Part shown: positions 10,708 to 18,590 of the stretch, one piece after another
How positions within the stretch are numbered: position 1 is the first letter of the stretch
Layout: each line of letters opens with the position of its first letter
IMG/VR virus record: IMGVR_UViG_3300033076_001307
Coordinates: 1-25,025 of that record
DNA: 25,025 nucleotides
Origin: a virus
Lineage: Duplodnaviria; Caudoviricetes
Direction: 5' to 3' (one strand)
Program-made: the position numbers and the translations under genes
Notes under the pieces: generated by a model
Databases searched by the model: none
Told to the model about the DNA's origin: nothing
Seen by the model: only the letters and a program-made list of their open reading frames with translations

Positions 10708-12201
10708 CTACGGGTAGAAGTGGAGCACCTGGAGGCTGCCGCCCTGCCAGGAGGTGATCATCCCGGCAGAGCTGTCGCCCGCTACCAGCGCCCGGTAGAA
10801 CGAGACGACGCCGCCGGCAGGGGGCGCAGCGCGAAAATCAAAGAAATCCAGCAACGGGATGTCGGCGTCGCAGTCGAAGAGGTTGGGCGCCGATGCCCAC
10901 GCCGGCGGCACGTTCGGGTTGTTGACGTGCGCCTCGGCTGCCTGCGTGTGGAAGTCGGTGGCGCTCGCGTACTGCCCCGCGATCGCGTAGACCCCGTACC
11001 GGTGCGGCACCGCCGGCAGCCCCGGATCGTAGGCTTTCCGATGGCTGATGTTGGCGAGGATCAGCACGAACGCCGGCGCCGCGCTGTAGTCGAACGGCCC
11101 AGTCACGCGCAGGTTGGTGCCGGCGCCGTCGTTCACCTCGTCCCAATTTCCGGCGTTCACGATGCCGGTGGAACCCCAGCCGGGGTAGAGCCGGGCGGTG
11201 GTGGTGCCGGCGGTGATGGCCTGCTGCTGCGCCTGGCGCAGCGCCCCAGCGCCGCCCGGCAGGTGCTCGCGCCGGAGTCCCTGTGCCTGGATCGCGCCCT
11301 GCCCCAGGTCGTTGATCGCCGTCTGGAGTGGGGTCAGGATGTCGCCGTTAAGTACGGCAGCGCTGATCGTCCCGTCCTCTGGGTACACGACGTTGACCGG
11401 CTGGATCGCTGGCGCCGCCGTCGGCTCCACCCGCTTGAGCCGGAGCGCCACCACCATCCGGCTGTAGATCCGCACGGGCTCTACGGCGCCGGCGATCGAG
11501 CCGGGATCATCCGGCGGCACCCGCCGCACCACCAGCTCCGCCGTGACCACGCCCGACGGCACCGGCACAAACGCTTGAACCCGCAGCGGGCGCACGTGCC
11601 AGCCCATCGAGCTGGTGGCGCGCAGCGCGTAGGTGTCGACCGACACGTTGTTTGTTGGTGTTGCCGGATCGATCGGGCTGACCGGGTAGATGCTGCGAGG
11701 CGCCCGCTCCGTCGCATCCCCGCTCCCCGTCACCGTCTCCGCCAGCACCGCCCCGTTCACGCGGAGCGCGACCTGGATGCGCGGCTTCAGCAGCGCCGTC
11801 TCCGTCAGGTCGAAGTCGACGATCGCGCCGGTCGGACAGATGCCGTACTCCAGCCACCCCAGCAGCCACAGGTTGTCCTCTCCCCCCGTCCAGGTTGTCG
11901 ACATCTGATCCACCACGGTCCACTCGCCGGAGTCCGGCACACGCCAGGCGTTGGCAGAGGTGCCGTCGGGGATGTCGTTGGCGTTGGTGTGGATGCCGGT
12001 GTCGGCCGCGACGCGGGCGGTGTACACGTCCAGCAGCATGCCCGTCGACCGGCGGCTGATCCCGAACGTCCCGCTCTTGACGTTGTGATCGTTGACCCGG
12101 CCCCCCAGCTCCTCCGCCGCTGGCTGCGCCGCCTGCCGCATCCGCAGGGGGTCCGGCATGTCCGCTTGGCGGATAATGTTATCCGGCACACGATACCCCA
12201 T
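10708..12201 (-). CDS. Tail/virion structural protein, about 497 aa, with two tandem beta-rich modules
   Basis: ATG 12201 overlaps the nozzle TGA (GTG 12204 is an alternative start); beta-strand patterning; synteny. Confidence 0.65.
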   Translation of the reverse strand: MGYRVPDNIIRQADMPDPLRMRQAAQPAAEELGGRVNDHNVKSGTFGISRRSTGMLLDVYTARVAADTGIHTNANDIPDGTSANAWRVPDSGEWTVVDQMSTTWTGGEDNLWLLGWLEYGICPTGAIVDFDLTETALLKPRIQVALRVNGAVLAETVTGSGDATERAPRSIYPVSPIDPATPTNNVSVDTYALRATSSMGWHVRPLRVQAFVPVPSGVVTAELVVRRVPPDDPGSIAGAVEPVRIYSRMVVALRLKRVEPTAAPAIQPVNVVYPEDGTISAAVLNGDILTPLQTAINDLGQGAIQAQGLRREHLPGGAGALRQAQQQAITAGTTTARLYPGWGSTGIVNAGNWDEVNDGAGTNLRVTGPFDYSAAPAFVLILANISHRKAYDPGLPAVPHRYGVYAIAGQYASATDFHTQAAEAHVNNPNVPPAWASAPNLFDCDADIPLLDFFDFRAAPPAGGVVSFYRALVAGDSSAGMITSWQGGSLQVLHFYP

Positions 12202-14255
12202 CACGCCCCCCGCAGCGCGCCCTGTATGCGCGACTTATTGTTATCCTGCCGCTCCACCAGGAATGCAAACCCCACCAGATGGAGCACGCGGCCCGACGTG
12301 CTCGACAAAGAGAACCGGAACCCGGCGATATTGTTAATATCAATGTCCACCTTGCGGCACCGGATCTGCGGCTGCCGGAAGATGGTGCTGCCCACGGTCG
12401 CCCCTCCGTAGGCGTCCGCCGCCACGATGTCGCCGCCGCAGAGGTCGATCGGGTAGTCCCGGTACTCGCCGTCGGGGCGATCCGTCACCCACACCCGCAG
12501 CGTCGCCGACCCGCCCGCCACCACCGCCGACTCTACGAAGTGGATGAGGATGCCGCGCAGCCGGAACACCACGCTGGCATCCTCCCCCATCCGCACCACG
12601 CCGCTCTCGAACGCGGAGGCGATCGTGTCGCCCTCGATCACGGAGGGGCGGTTCCAGATCCGTACGTTCTGCCCCTCGCCGCCCAGGTAGCTGCCCATCA
12701 GCAGGTGCCGGGCGTGGCCGGGCGCCGCCGCCAGCGCGGTGATGCGGCGCCCACCGGCGTCCGACTCGCTCCAGCCCCCCGTGCGGACGTCGTAGAGCAG
12801 CAGCTGATCCGGCAGCGGCGAAGAGCCAGTGCATACCGCCAGCACGTACACCCCCGTCCGAGGATCGACGGCGCCGACGGCCCGCCCCAGGTACGAGCTG
12901 GGCAGCCGCGCGTACGTCTGCCGGATCGGATCCGAGACGCGCGCCGGCACGCCGCCCGAAAGGGTGTACACCCCGTCCATCGCCATCCAGATCAGGTCGC
13001 CGTTCGGCAACACCGCGAGCGTCGCCGGCGCCACGCACCCGACGCCGCCGATCAGCGGCCTGCTGGTGACCACGTCGCCGGTCGCCTCCACCTGGAAAAT
13101 ACTGTTAGCGGTGAACGCCAGCAGGCCACCGGCCGTCGCCGCCAGCCCCGTTACCGCCGCGCCGCCGGCGTCGGGGATCACGCGCGCCGTCCGTGGCCAT
13201 GTACCTGGGAACCCTGGTTCAGATAGCCTGATCATCCCTGGGTTATCGTTGAAATTGGCAGCCACCAGCCGCCCCTGAAATTCGCACGCGACCCGGTACG
13301 GCGTCACCGGGTCGAGCTCTACCAGCGTGGGTCCCGCCGACAGCAGCCCGTCGCTCTCGCCGTCGGGTAGCCCGAACGCCTCGCGGCCGGTCAGCCTCGC
13401 CAGCAGGTAGTAGGCGCCGTCCGTGTGGAGCTTGTCCGTGGTGCGGTACACCCGGATCGCTCCAACGTGTTCCTCGCCGGGGTCGATCCCTCGGAGACAG
13501 AACTGGCGCGTCATGCTGTCGAGGTGGTTCAGCCGCTCGTAGTCCGCCGAACTGTTGACGAGGTAGCCGGTGGACTGGAGCCGGAGGGCGGCGGTCGCCT
13601 CTGCGCTGGCCGGGCTGAGGTTCCCGAACGGGTCTTCCCACTGGACGCGATACCCCCACGCCCCCGCCAGTAGCGCGCCGTCCTCGCCGTCGTAGGACTG
13701 GACGGTGCCGATCCCGCCGACATGGGCATACCCGGCATAGTTCGGCACCGACTGAGACGAGCTCGCGCCGCCCGACGGATAGAGCACCGTCGGCGCCGCC
13801 GGCGCCCGGTCGAACCCGAGCCGGATCACCTGACGGCCGTAGGTGGTCACACCGTCGATCAGCAGCGGCGCGTCGACGCCGTTGCTCCAGCAGACCCGCC
13901 CGTTGATCGCCACCATCGAGTCCGGGTAGGGCTGCCCCAGGTCGTAGGTCAGGCCCGACTCCAGCACCTGCACTGAGCGCGTCCAGCCCTGGTGGCGCCC
14001 CAGCTTGTCCCCGTACCGGATCAGCGTGATCTGGTTGGCGCCCCCGGCCAGCTCCAGGTGCGCCAGCCCCAGCACGTAGGCGGCGAGGTTGAGGCCGGGT
14101 TCGAGCGGGGCGGTGTCGCCGCAGCGCAGCAGCGTGTTGCCGGGATCCTCGCTCACCCCCATGTTCAGCAACCGCTTGGCGAGGCTGGCCGGGCGGTACA
14201 GCGTGTCCGCCTGGATGAAGATCTGGCCGATGTCGAGATAGGTCAGGCGCCCCAT
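12201..14255 (-). CDS. Tail nozzle / tubular protein B-like (T7 gp12 / P22 gp10 type), 684 aa
   Basis: Beta-propeller-like repeats, FQGRLVAA..., IRLSEPGFPGTWP, GVGCVAPAT, WMAMDGVY..., VSDPI; follows the adaptor gene. Confidence 0.75.
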   Translation of the reverse strand: MGRLTYLDIGQIFIQADTLYRPASLAKRLLNMGVSEDPGNTLLRCGDTAPLEPGLNLAAYVLGLAHLELAGGANQITLIRYGDKLGRHQGWTRSVQVLESGLTYDLGQPYPDSMVAINGRVCWSNGVDAPLLIDGVTTYGRQVIRLGFDRAPAAPTVLYPSGGASSSQSVPNYAGYAHVGGIGTVQSYDGEDGALLAGAWGYRVQWEDPFGNLSPASAEATAALRLQSTGYLVNSSADYERLNHLDSMTRQFCLRGIDPGEEHVGAIRVYRTTDKLHTDGAYYLLARLTGREAFGLPDGESDGLLSAGPTLVELDPVTPYRVACEFQGRLVAANFNDNPGMIRLSEPGFPGTWPRTARVIPDAGGAAVTGLAATAGGLLAFTANSIFQVEATGDVVTSRPLIGGVGCVAPATLAVLPNGDLIWMAMDGVYTLSGGVPARVSDPIRQTYARLPSSYLGRAVGAVDPRTGVYVLAVCTGSSPLPDQLLLYDVRTGGWSESDAGGRRITALAAAPGHARHLLMGSYLGGEGQNVRIWNRPSVIEGDTIASAFESGVVRMGEDASVVFRLRGILIHFVESAVVAGGSATLRVWVTDRPDGEYRDYPIDLCGGDIVAADAYGGATVGSTIFRQPQIRCRKVDIDINNIAGFRFSLSSTSGRVLHLVGFAFLVERQDNNKSRIQGALRGA

Positions 14256-15658
14256 CAGCTCCCCCGGTAGCGGAGTGGACCCTCAGTCGGCAGCCGGCCG
14301 CCGAACCCATCCCGGCTGATCTTGCCCGTGGGGTTCGAGGTCTGCGCCCGGAGACTGCCGATCTGATCCCTCGCCTGTTTGGCGAAGACCTGCGCGAGCT
14401 GCTCATCCTGATCGCGGCGCGCGTACCAGTGGGCGCAGAACAACGCCAGCGCGCTCCGGTACTCCGGCACCACGGCCGGGCTGTCGTTGTCGTTGAGCAG
14501 CAGCGGCGGCCGACACGTCACCCGGATGTCCATCTCCGTCCGCGCGTCCGGCGTCGGCCACATCGACCAGGCGTAGTAGACCCCCTGCTCCGGCAGCCGG
14601 AGGGTGTAGTCTGGGATCGCCGCTCCATCGTCATCGTAGGTCGTGACCGGCCCATCGACGTCCGCGAGTGCCTGGAAGACGTCGGGGTATTCGATGGTCT
14701 GGTGAGTTCCTCCGGTGATGCTTTTGCGGCGTCGGTAGATGCGCTTGTACAGGCCGGAGTGACCGGCCCGTAGCGCCCCCGCTACGTTGAAGTTCACCAT
14801 CCAGTCCACTTCCGGCACCGTCACCCGGACGATCTGGGGAGCGGTCGAGGTGATGGGGCCGGAGATCGGCGACGGCGCCGACTCGAACAACGGGATCGGC
14901 GTGCCGCTGGGGGACTTGTTGTACAGGTCGCGGTAGCCCCAGCAGTAGGTGAAGCAGTACTCGAACTGCCCCGTTGGCTCCCCCGCCCATGTCCCTTCCA
15001 CCAGCGCGACGGCGGGCGCCCGCGTCGGCGCCCGCTGCTGGTAGCTGTGTTCACGACGCAGCTCGGTAGGGTAGCCGCTGACGATGCTCACCTGGTTGCG
15101 GGTCTGCCACTGGTTCGCCGCCTGCGTCGCGGTGGTGAGGCGCATCGGGCCGCCGGTCGAGCCCCACCGGACGACGGTGTGTATGCGGCTCCACTCTGAG
15201 GGACACCACAGATACTGCGCCACCAGGGTCCACGACAGGCCGGTGGCGGTGCCGGAGGTCCAGGGTCGATCCAGGCTCACATACTTCTCACCGGTCAGCG
15301 CCAGCCAGAATTCCCGGCACCAGAACCGGTAGGTCTGCCCCTTCGCGGTGACCTCCAGGTGGTACATCCCGTCCCAGGTGCGGTCTGTGACGGGCGCGAA
15401 CGTCCCCCCGACAAACTGTAGCACCCAGGGATCGGAGGTGGTCGACAGCGTGGTGCCGCCGTAGGCACCGGAGCTGAGCGTACCCGGCACCACCTCGCGC
15501 GGCGTCTGCGGGTACAGCGCCTCCGGCGCCTCCGTGTACAGGAGGTCGAGGCCGTGCCGGATCGCCTCGTTCAGGCGGGTCTGTTCCGTACCCGCATCCT
15601 GGCCGATGTCCCAGGCCAACAGGGCGCGGATGTCCGTGCGTAGATCTCCCCGGTTCAT
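14255..15658 (-). CDS. Head-tail adaptor / tubular protein A-like with a large insertion, 467 aa
   Basis: Adaptor-type termini (MNRGDLRTDIRALL...RLNEAIRHG; MWPTPD...DNDSPAVVPEYRSALALFCA); AGGAGG SD; follows the capsid genes. Confidence 0.7.
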   Translation of the reverse strand: MNRGDLRTDIRALLAWDIGQDAGTEQTRLNEAIRHGLDLLYTEAPEALYPQTPREVVPGTLSSGAYGGTTLSTTSDPWVLQFVGGTFAPVTDRTWDGMYHLEVTAKGQTYRFWCREFWLALTGEKYVSLDRPWTSGTATGLSWTLVAQYLWCPSEWSRIHTVVRWGSTGGPMRLTTATQAANQWQTRNQVSIVSGYPTELRREHSYQQRAPTRAPAVALVEGTWAGEPTGQFEYCFTYCWGYRDLYNKSPSGTPIPLFESAPSPISGPITSTAPQIVRVTVPEVDWMVNFNVAGALRAGHSGLYKRIYRRRKSITGGTHQTIEYPDVFQALADVDGPVTTYDDDGAAIPDYTLRLPEQGVYYAWSMWPTPDARTEMDIRVTCRPPLLLNDNDSPAVVPEYRSALALFCAHWYARRDQDEQLAQVFAKQARDQIGSLRAQTSNPTGKISRDGFGGRLPTEGPLRYRGS

Positions 15659-15673
15659 CCGGCCCCCCTCCTG

Positions 15674-16162
15674 TTACAGCGTGTTGATCCGGCAGTTGGC
15701 GAGGCTGCCGGCGGCGCCGTCCGCCTCCAGCGCCACGCCGAAGGCGGCGGCCACCTCGTCCGCGTTGGTCAGCGTCGCGGTCTTGACCCGGCCCGCCGTC
15801 CCCTCGCACATGATGCTGTCGTTGGCCGCCACCGCGCCGTCGCACTCCACCTTGCAGCGGCCCAGGCAGATGACGTAGCCGTAGCTCCCGGAGGCGATCG
15901 CGTGGTCGGCGACACCGAGCACCTTGCCCTTCGGCAGCTTGGCCGTCGCCGCCAGGATGGCGTCATTCCAGGTGAGGTCGCTCGCCTTCATCTGCACCAC
16001 GTCGCCCTGCGCGAAGGCGGTAGCGCCCTCCTTGTTGACGACGTAGCGCCAGAGCGTCCAGCCGTAGGTGGGGTGGAGGTACCAGCGCAGGGTACCCAGC
16101 TCGGTGCGGGGGGAAGTGGAGACGTCCGTGATGAGGTGGTCGTAAAAAGAACGATCGAACAT
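15674..16162 (-). CDS. Capsid cement/decoration protein (DUF2190/Bbp16-like), 162 aa
   Basis: VLGVADHAIASGSYGYVICLG..VECDGAVAAND...AFGVALEA pattern; immediately after the major capsid gene; GGAG SD. Confidence 0.65.
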   Translation of the reverse strand: MFDRSFYDHLITDVSTSPRTELGTLRWYLHPTYGWTLWRYVVNKEGATAFAQGDVVQMKASDLTWNDAILAATAKLPKGKVLGVADHAIASGSYGYVICLGRCKVECDGAVAANDSIMCEGTAGRVKTATLTNADEVAAAFGVALEADGAAGSLANCRINTL

Positions 16163-16192
16163 AGTCGCTCCCGATGGGGGGGTGAGGGTGAA

Positions 16193-17290
16193 CTACGGGA
16201 TGCGGCCGCCCGCGATCAGGCAGTGGGCGTTGAGGCGCAGCACCATCGGCTGCCAGTCGTTGTGGCACTTGGCGACCACCACGTCCTGATCCGCGATCAT
16301 GTCCTTGAACTCCGGCGCCTCGTCCAGCTCCTCCAGGTAGGGGACCTCGACAAACTCAGAGTTGAGGAAGTAGATCACGCCGCCAGTGATGGCGCTGGTG
16401 GACAGGCACGGGGTACCCGTGAAGCTCGCGTTAGTGGGGTCGAGGTTCACACCCACATCGTAGACCCGCGCCGCCTTGTACAGCAGGAACTCCGCCGACT
16501 TCGGCCCGTCCACCCGCTCATCCGTGGACACCACCCGCACGTTGTCGCGGATGTTGGCGCTCAGGTTGCTGAAAGATCCCCCGTCGGCGAACCCAAAGTC
16601 CGGCGCCTGGCCGTCGCCGCGCTGCGCCGCGAGGTTGTACGCCGCCTCGATCGTCACCATCCCGTTGGCGGCGAAGCTGGTGATCGCGCCGAACTGAGAG
16701 ATGTGCTGGATGGTGTTGTTGCGGGCGACGCCCTGGACGTTGCCCGTCTGCGACGCCGGCGCGAGGGCCTGGAACCAGCCGGTGTTGCCGTCCGAGTGGG
16801 TGATGTTGCCGTTGAAGGTGGCGGCCCCGTCGAAGTCCGGGCTGTCGATGACCGACACCGCCGGATCGTGGTAGGCGCCCGTCAGCAGCCAGTACTCCCA
16901 GTCCTCCATGTACTGCGCGAAGGAGGCGGCGGGGTATTGCTTGATCAGCTTGACCACCCCCTGGGTTCCGTCGTTCTTCTTCAGGTCGACGTTGGGGATA
17001 GTGATGGGGATGAGGTGGCGGGTAGACTCGACCCGGTAATTCTTGGTGACGGAATTGCGGGTGAGCGCCGCGATCTCGTTGCCGGTCGAGATCTTCTTGC
17101 CCTTCGCCGGGCTGCCGTAGCCGAAGGGGCGCTCGAAGTAGGTGCCGCCCACCCGCTCCTTGTTCACCTTCTTCTTGTCGATCAGGTACTTCATCAACGG
17201 CTTGCGCGACGCCGTGACCAGGATGAGGTTGCCGCCCTTCACGTACATGTCCGCGAGGGTGGTGTTAAGGACATCGATAGAGACTGCCAT
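16193..17290 (-). CDS. Major capsid protein, 365 aa
   Basis: Size and position between scaffold and cement genes; LNTTLAD...PLMKYL...GGTYFERP, IYFLNSEFVE, PEFKDM..QDVVVA patterns typical of podoviral HK97-fold capsids. Confidence 0.8.
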   Translation of the reverse strand: MAVSIDVLNTTLADMYVKGGNLILVTASRKPLMKYLIDKKKVNKERVGGTYFERPFGYGSPAKGKKISTGNEIAALTRNSVTKNYRVESTRHLIPITIPNVDLKKNDGTQGVVKLIKQYPAASFAQYMEDWEYWLLTGAYHDPAVSVIDSPDFDGAATFNGNITHSDGNTGWFQALAPASQTGNVQGVARNNTIQHISQFGAITSFAANGMVTIEAAYNLAAQRGDGQAPDFGFADGGSFSNLSANIRDNVRVVSTDERVDGPKSAEFLLYKAARVYDVGVNLDPTNASFTGTPCLSTSAITGGVIYFLNSEFVEVPYLEELDEAPEFKDMIADQDVVVAKCHNDWQPMVLRLNAHCLIAGGRIP

Positions 17291-17359
17291 CGTTTTCCCA
17301 CAGAGCAGGGTGGAGGTTGTACTGCGCTGCTACCGACTGGCGCGGCCTCCGGCTCCGGC

Positions 17360-17407
17360 GTGGGCTACGGGAGGTGAGCGACAGGGCTCACCCCTATGAT
17401 AGCCCAC
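17360..17407. promoter_or_regulatory. Interrupted inverted repeat/hairpin upstream of the major capsid gene
   Basis: GTGGGCTA (17360-17367) / TAGCCCAC (17400-17407) encloses an inner stem GGTGAGC-GACAGG-GCTCACC. Confidence 0.6.
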
Positions 17408-17424
17408 ATCCACATCCCTATCCA
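17396..17424 (-). promoter_or_regulatory. Sigma70-like promoter for the major capsid gene
   Basis: TGGATA-N17-TATCAT on the minus strand in the scaffold-capsid intergenic gap. Confidence 0.55.
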
Positions 17425-17448
17425 CTCTGCGATCTCACCATCAGCTAT

Positions 17449-18387
17449 CTACCGTTTGTGCTTACTGACCGCCCCCGACGCCGCTTCTGCGATCATCTGC
17501 TCCAGCGTGTACCCCTTCGGAAACCCCGCCTCTGCGGTGCCGGGCGCCTCGCGGTTGTTGCTGACCTCGGTTGCTCTCTCCCAGGCGTCGCGCTTTGGCG
17601 TGGGCGGAGTCGGCGGTTTCGGCTGCTGCTGGGGCGTCTCCGCCTTCGCCAGTTTGAACTTTCCGCGCACGATTTCTGCTGCCTCCGCGAGATCCACATC
17701 CGCAGAGACCAGGCGCTCGAAGAGCTCGCCGGCCTTGTCATCGGCCAGGATGTCCGCATAGTCGCGCACGATCTCCTGCTCCATCCGCGCCTGCTCCTGC
17801 CGCGCCGCCTCCTGCCGCGCCGCCTCCGCTTGCTGCCGGTACGCGCGCAGCTCCACCAGCTCCTTCTGCAGCTTCTGCGCCTCCGAGTCATCCCCCCCAT
17901 AGAGGGCCTCCAGCAGCTCCGCCCGCTTGACCCGCTCCTCCGCCGCCTTGCGTCCGGCCTCGAACTCCGCCCGCTGCGCCTCCAGCGCCTTCTTCTCCTC
18001 TGAGGTCTTCCGGTACTTTTCGGAGTACCCACGTTCGAGGTTCCCCCACTTCGCCTTCACCCCGTCCCGCACCTGCGCCTGCACTTCCGGCGCCAGCGCC
18101 TTGTACCACGGCAGCGCCGCCAGCCCCTCGACCTCGGTACATCGTGGCGTGGGTGTCGATGCGCCGCCTGCCCCGGCGCCGGCACCGCCCGCACCGCCTC
18201 CCCCAGCGTCGGCACCGGCCGCCCCAGCACCGGCACCGCCCGCACCGCCAGTCCCCCCAGCGCCAGCATCGGCGCCACCAGCACCGGCACCAGCACCACC
18301 AGCGCCAGCGCCGGCACCACCGCCGGCTCCCCCGCCATCGCCCCCGCCGTCGCCCTCTTCCTCGAACACGTCTTCAAACAGGTACAT
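17449..18387 (-). CDS. Capsid scaffolding protein, about 312 aa, with a Gly/Ala-rich N-terminal tract
   Basis: Acidic N-terminus, NLERGYSEKYRKTSEEKKALE motif typical of scaffolds, coiled coil, directly upstream of the capsid gene; TGATG coupling. Confidence 0.75.
   Translation of the reverse strand: MYLFEDVFEEEGDGGGDGGGAGGGAGAGAGGAGAGAGGADAGAGGTGGAGGAGAGAAGADAGGGGAGGAGAGAGGASTPTPRCTEVEGLAALPWYKALAPEVQAQVRDGVKAKWGNLERGYSEKYRKTSEEKKALEAQRAEFEAGRKAAEERVKRAELLEALYGGDDSEAQKLQKELVELRAYRQQAEAARQEAARQEQARMEQEIVRDYADILADDKAGELFERLVSADVDLAEAAEIVRGKFKLAKAETPQQQPKPPTPPTPKRDAWERATEVSNNREAPGTAEAGFPKGYTLEQMIAEAASGAVSKHKR
18161..18351 (-). repeat. Low-complexity (GAG/GAGA)n-coding repeat tract
   Basis: Repeated GCACCG/GCGCCA units on the + strand. 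Confidence 0.8.
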
Positions 18388-18590
18388 CACAGGCTCCGGT
18401 TGACGAGGGTGTCAGTGGGGTGGAACACGCCATCCATGACGGCGTCACGGATCGGCGTCCCGTTGAGGATGGCATCGCCCAAGCGCCCCAGCCGCAGCAG
18501 CGCCTCATCGATCTGCGGCTCAGAGATCGGCGGAGTGTCGGGCGTGGGGGGCGGCGCGGGCGGCGCGGCGGGCGGCTTCGTCGGCAGCAT
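18387..18590 (-). CDS. Small hypothetical protein, 67 aa
   Basis: AAGGAG SD; abuts the upstream stop and overlaps the scaffold start. Confidence 0.65.
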   Translation of the reverse strand: MLPTKPPAAPPAPPPTPDTPPISEPQIDEALLRLGRLGDAILNGTPIRDAVMDGVFHPTDTLVNRSL

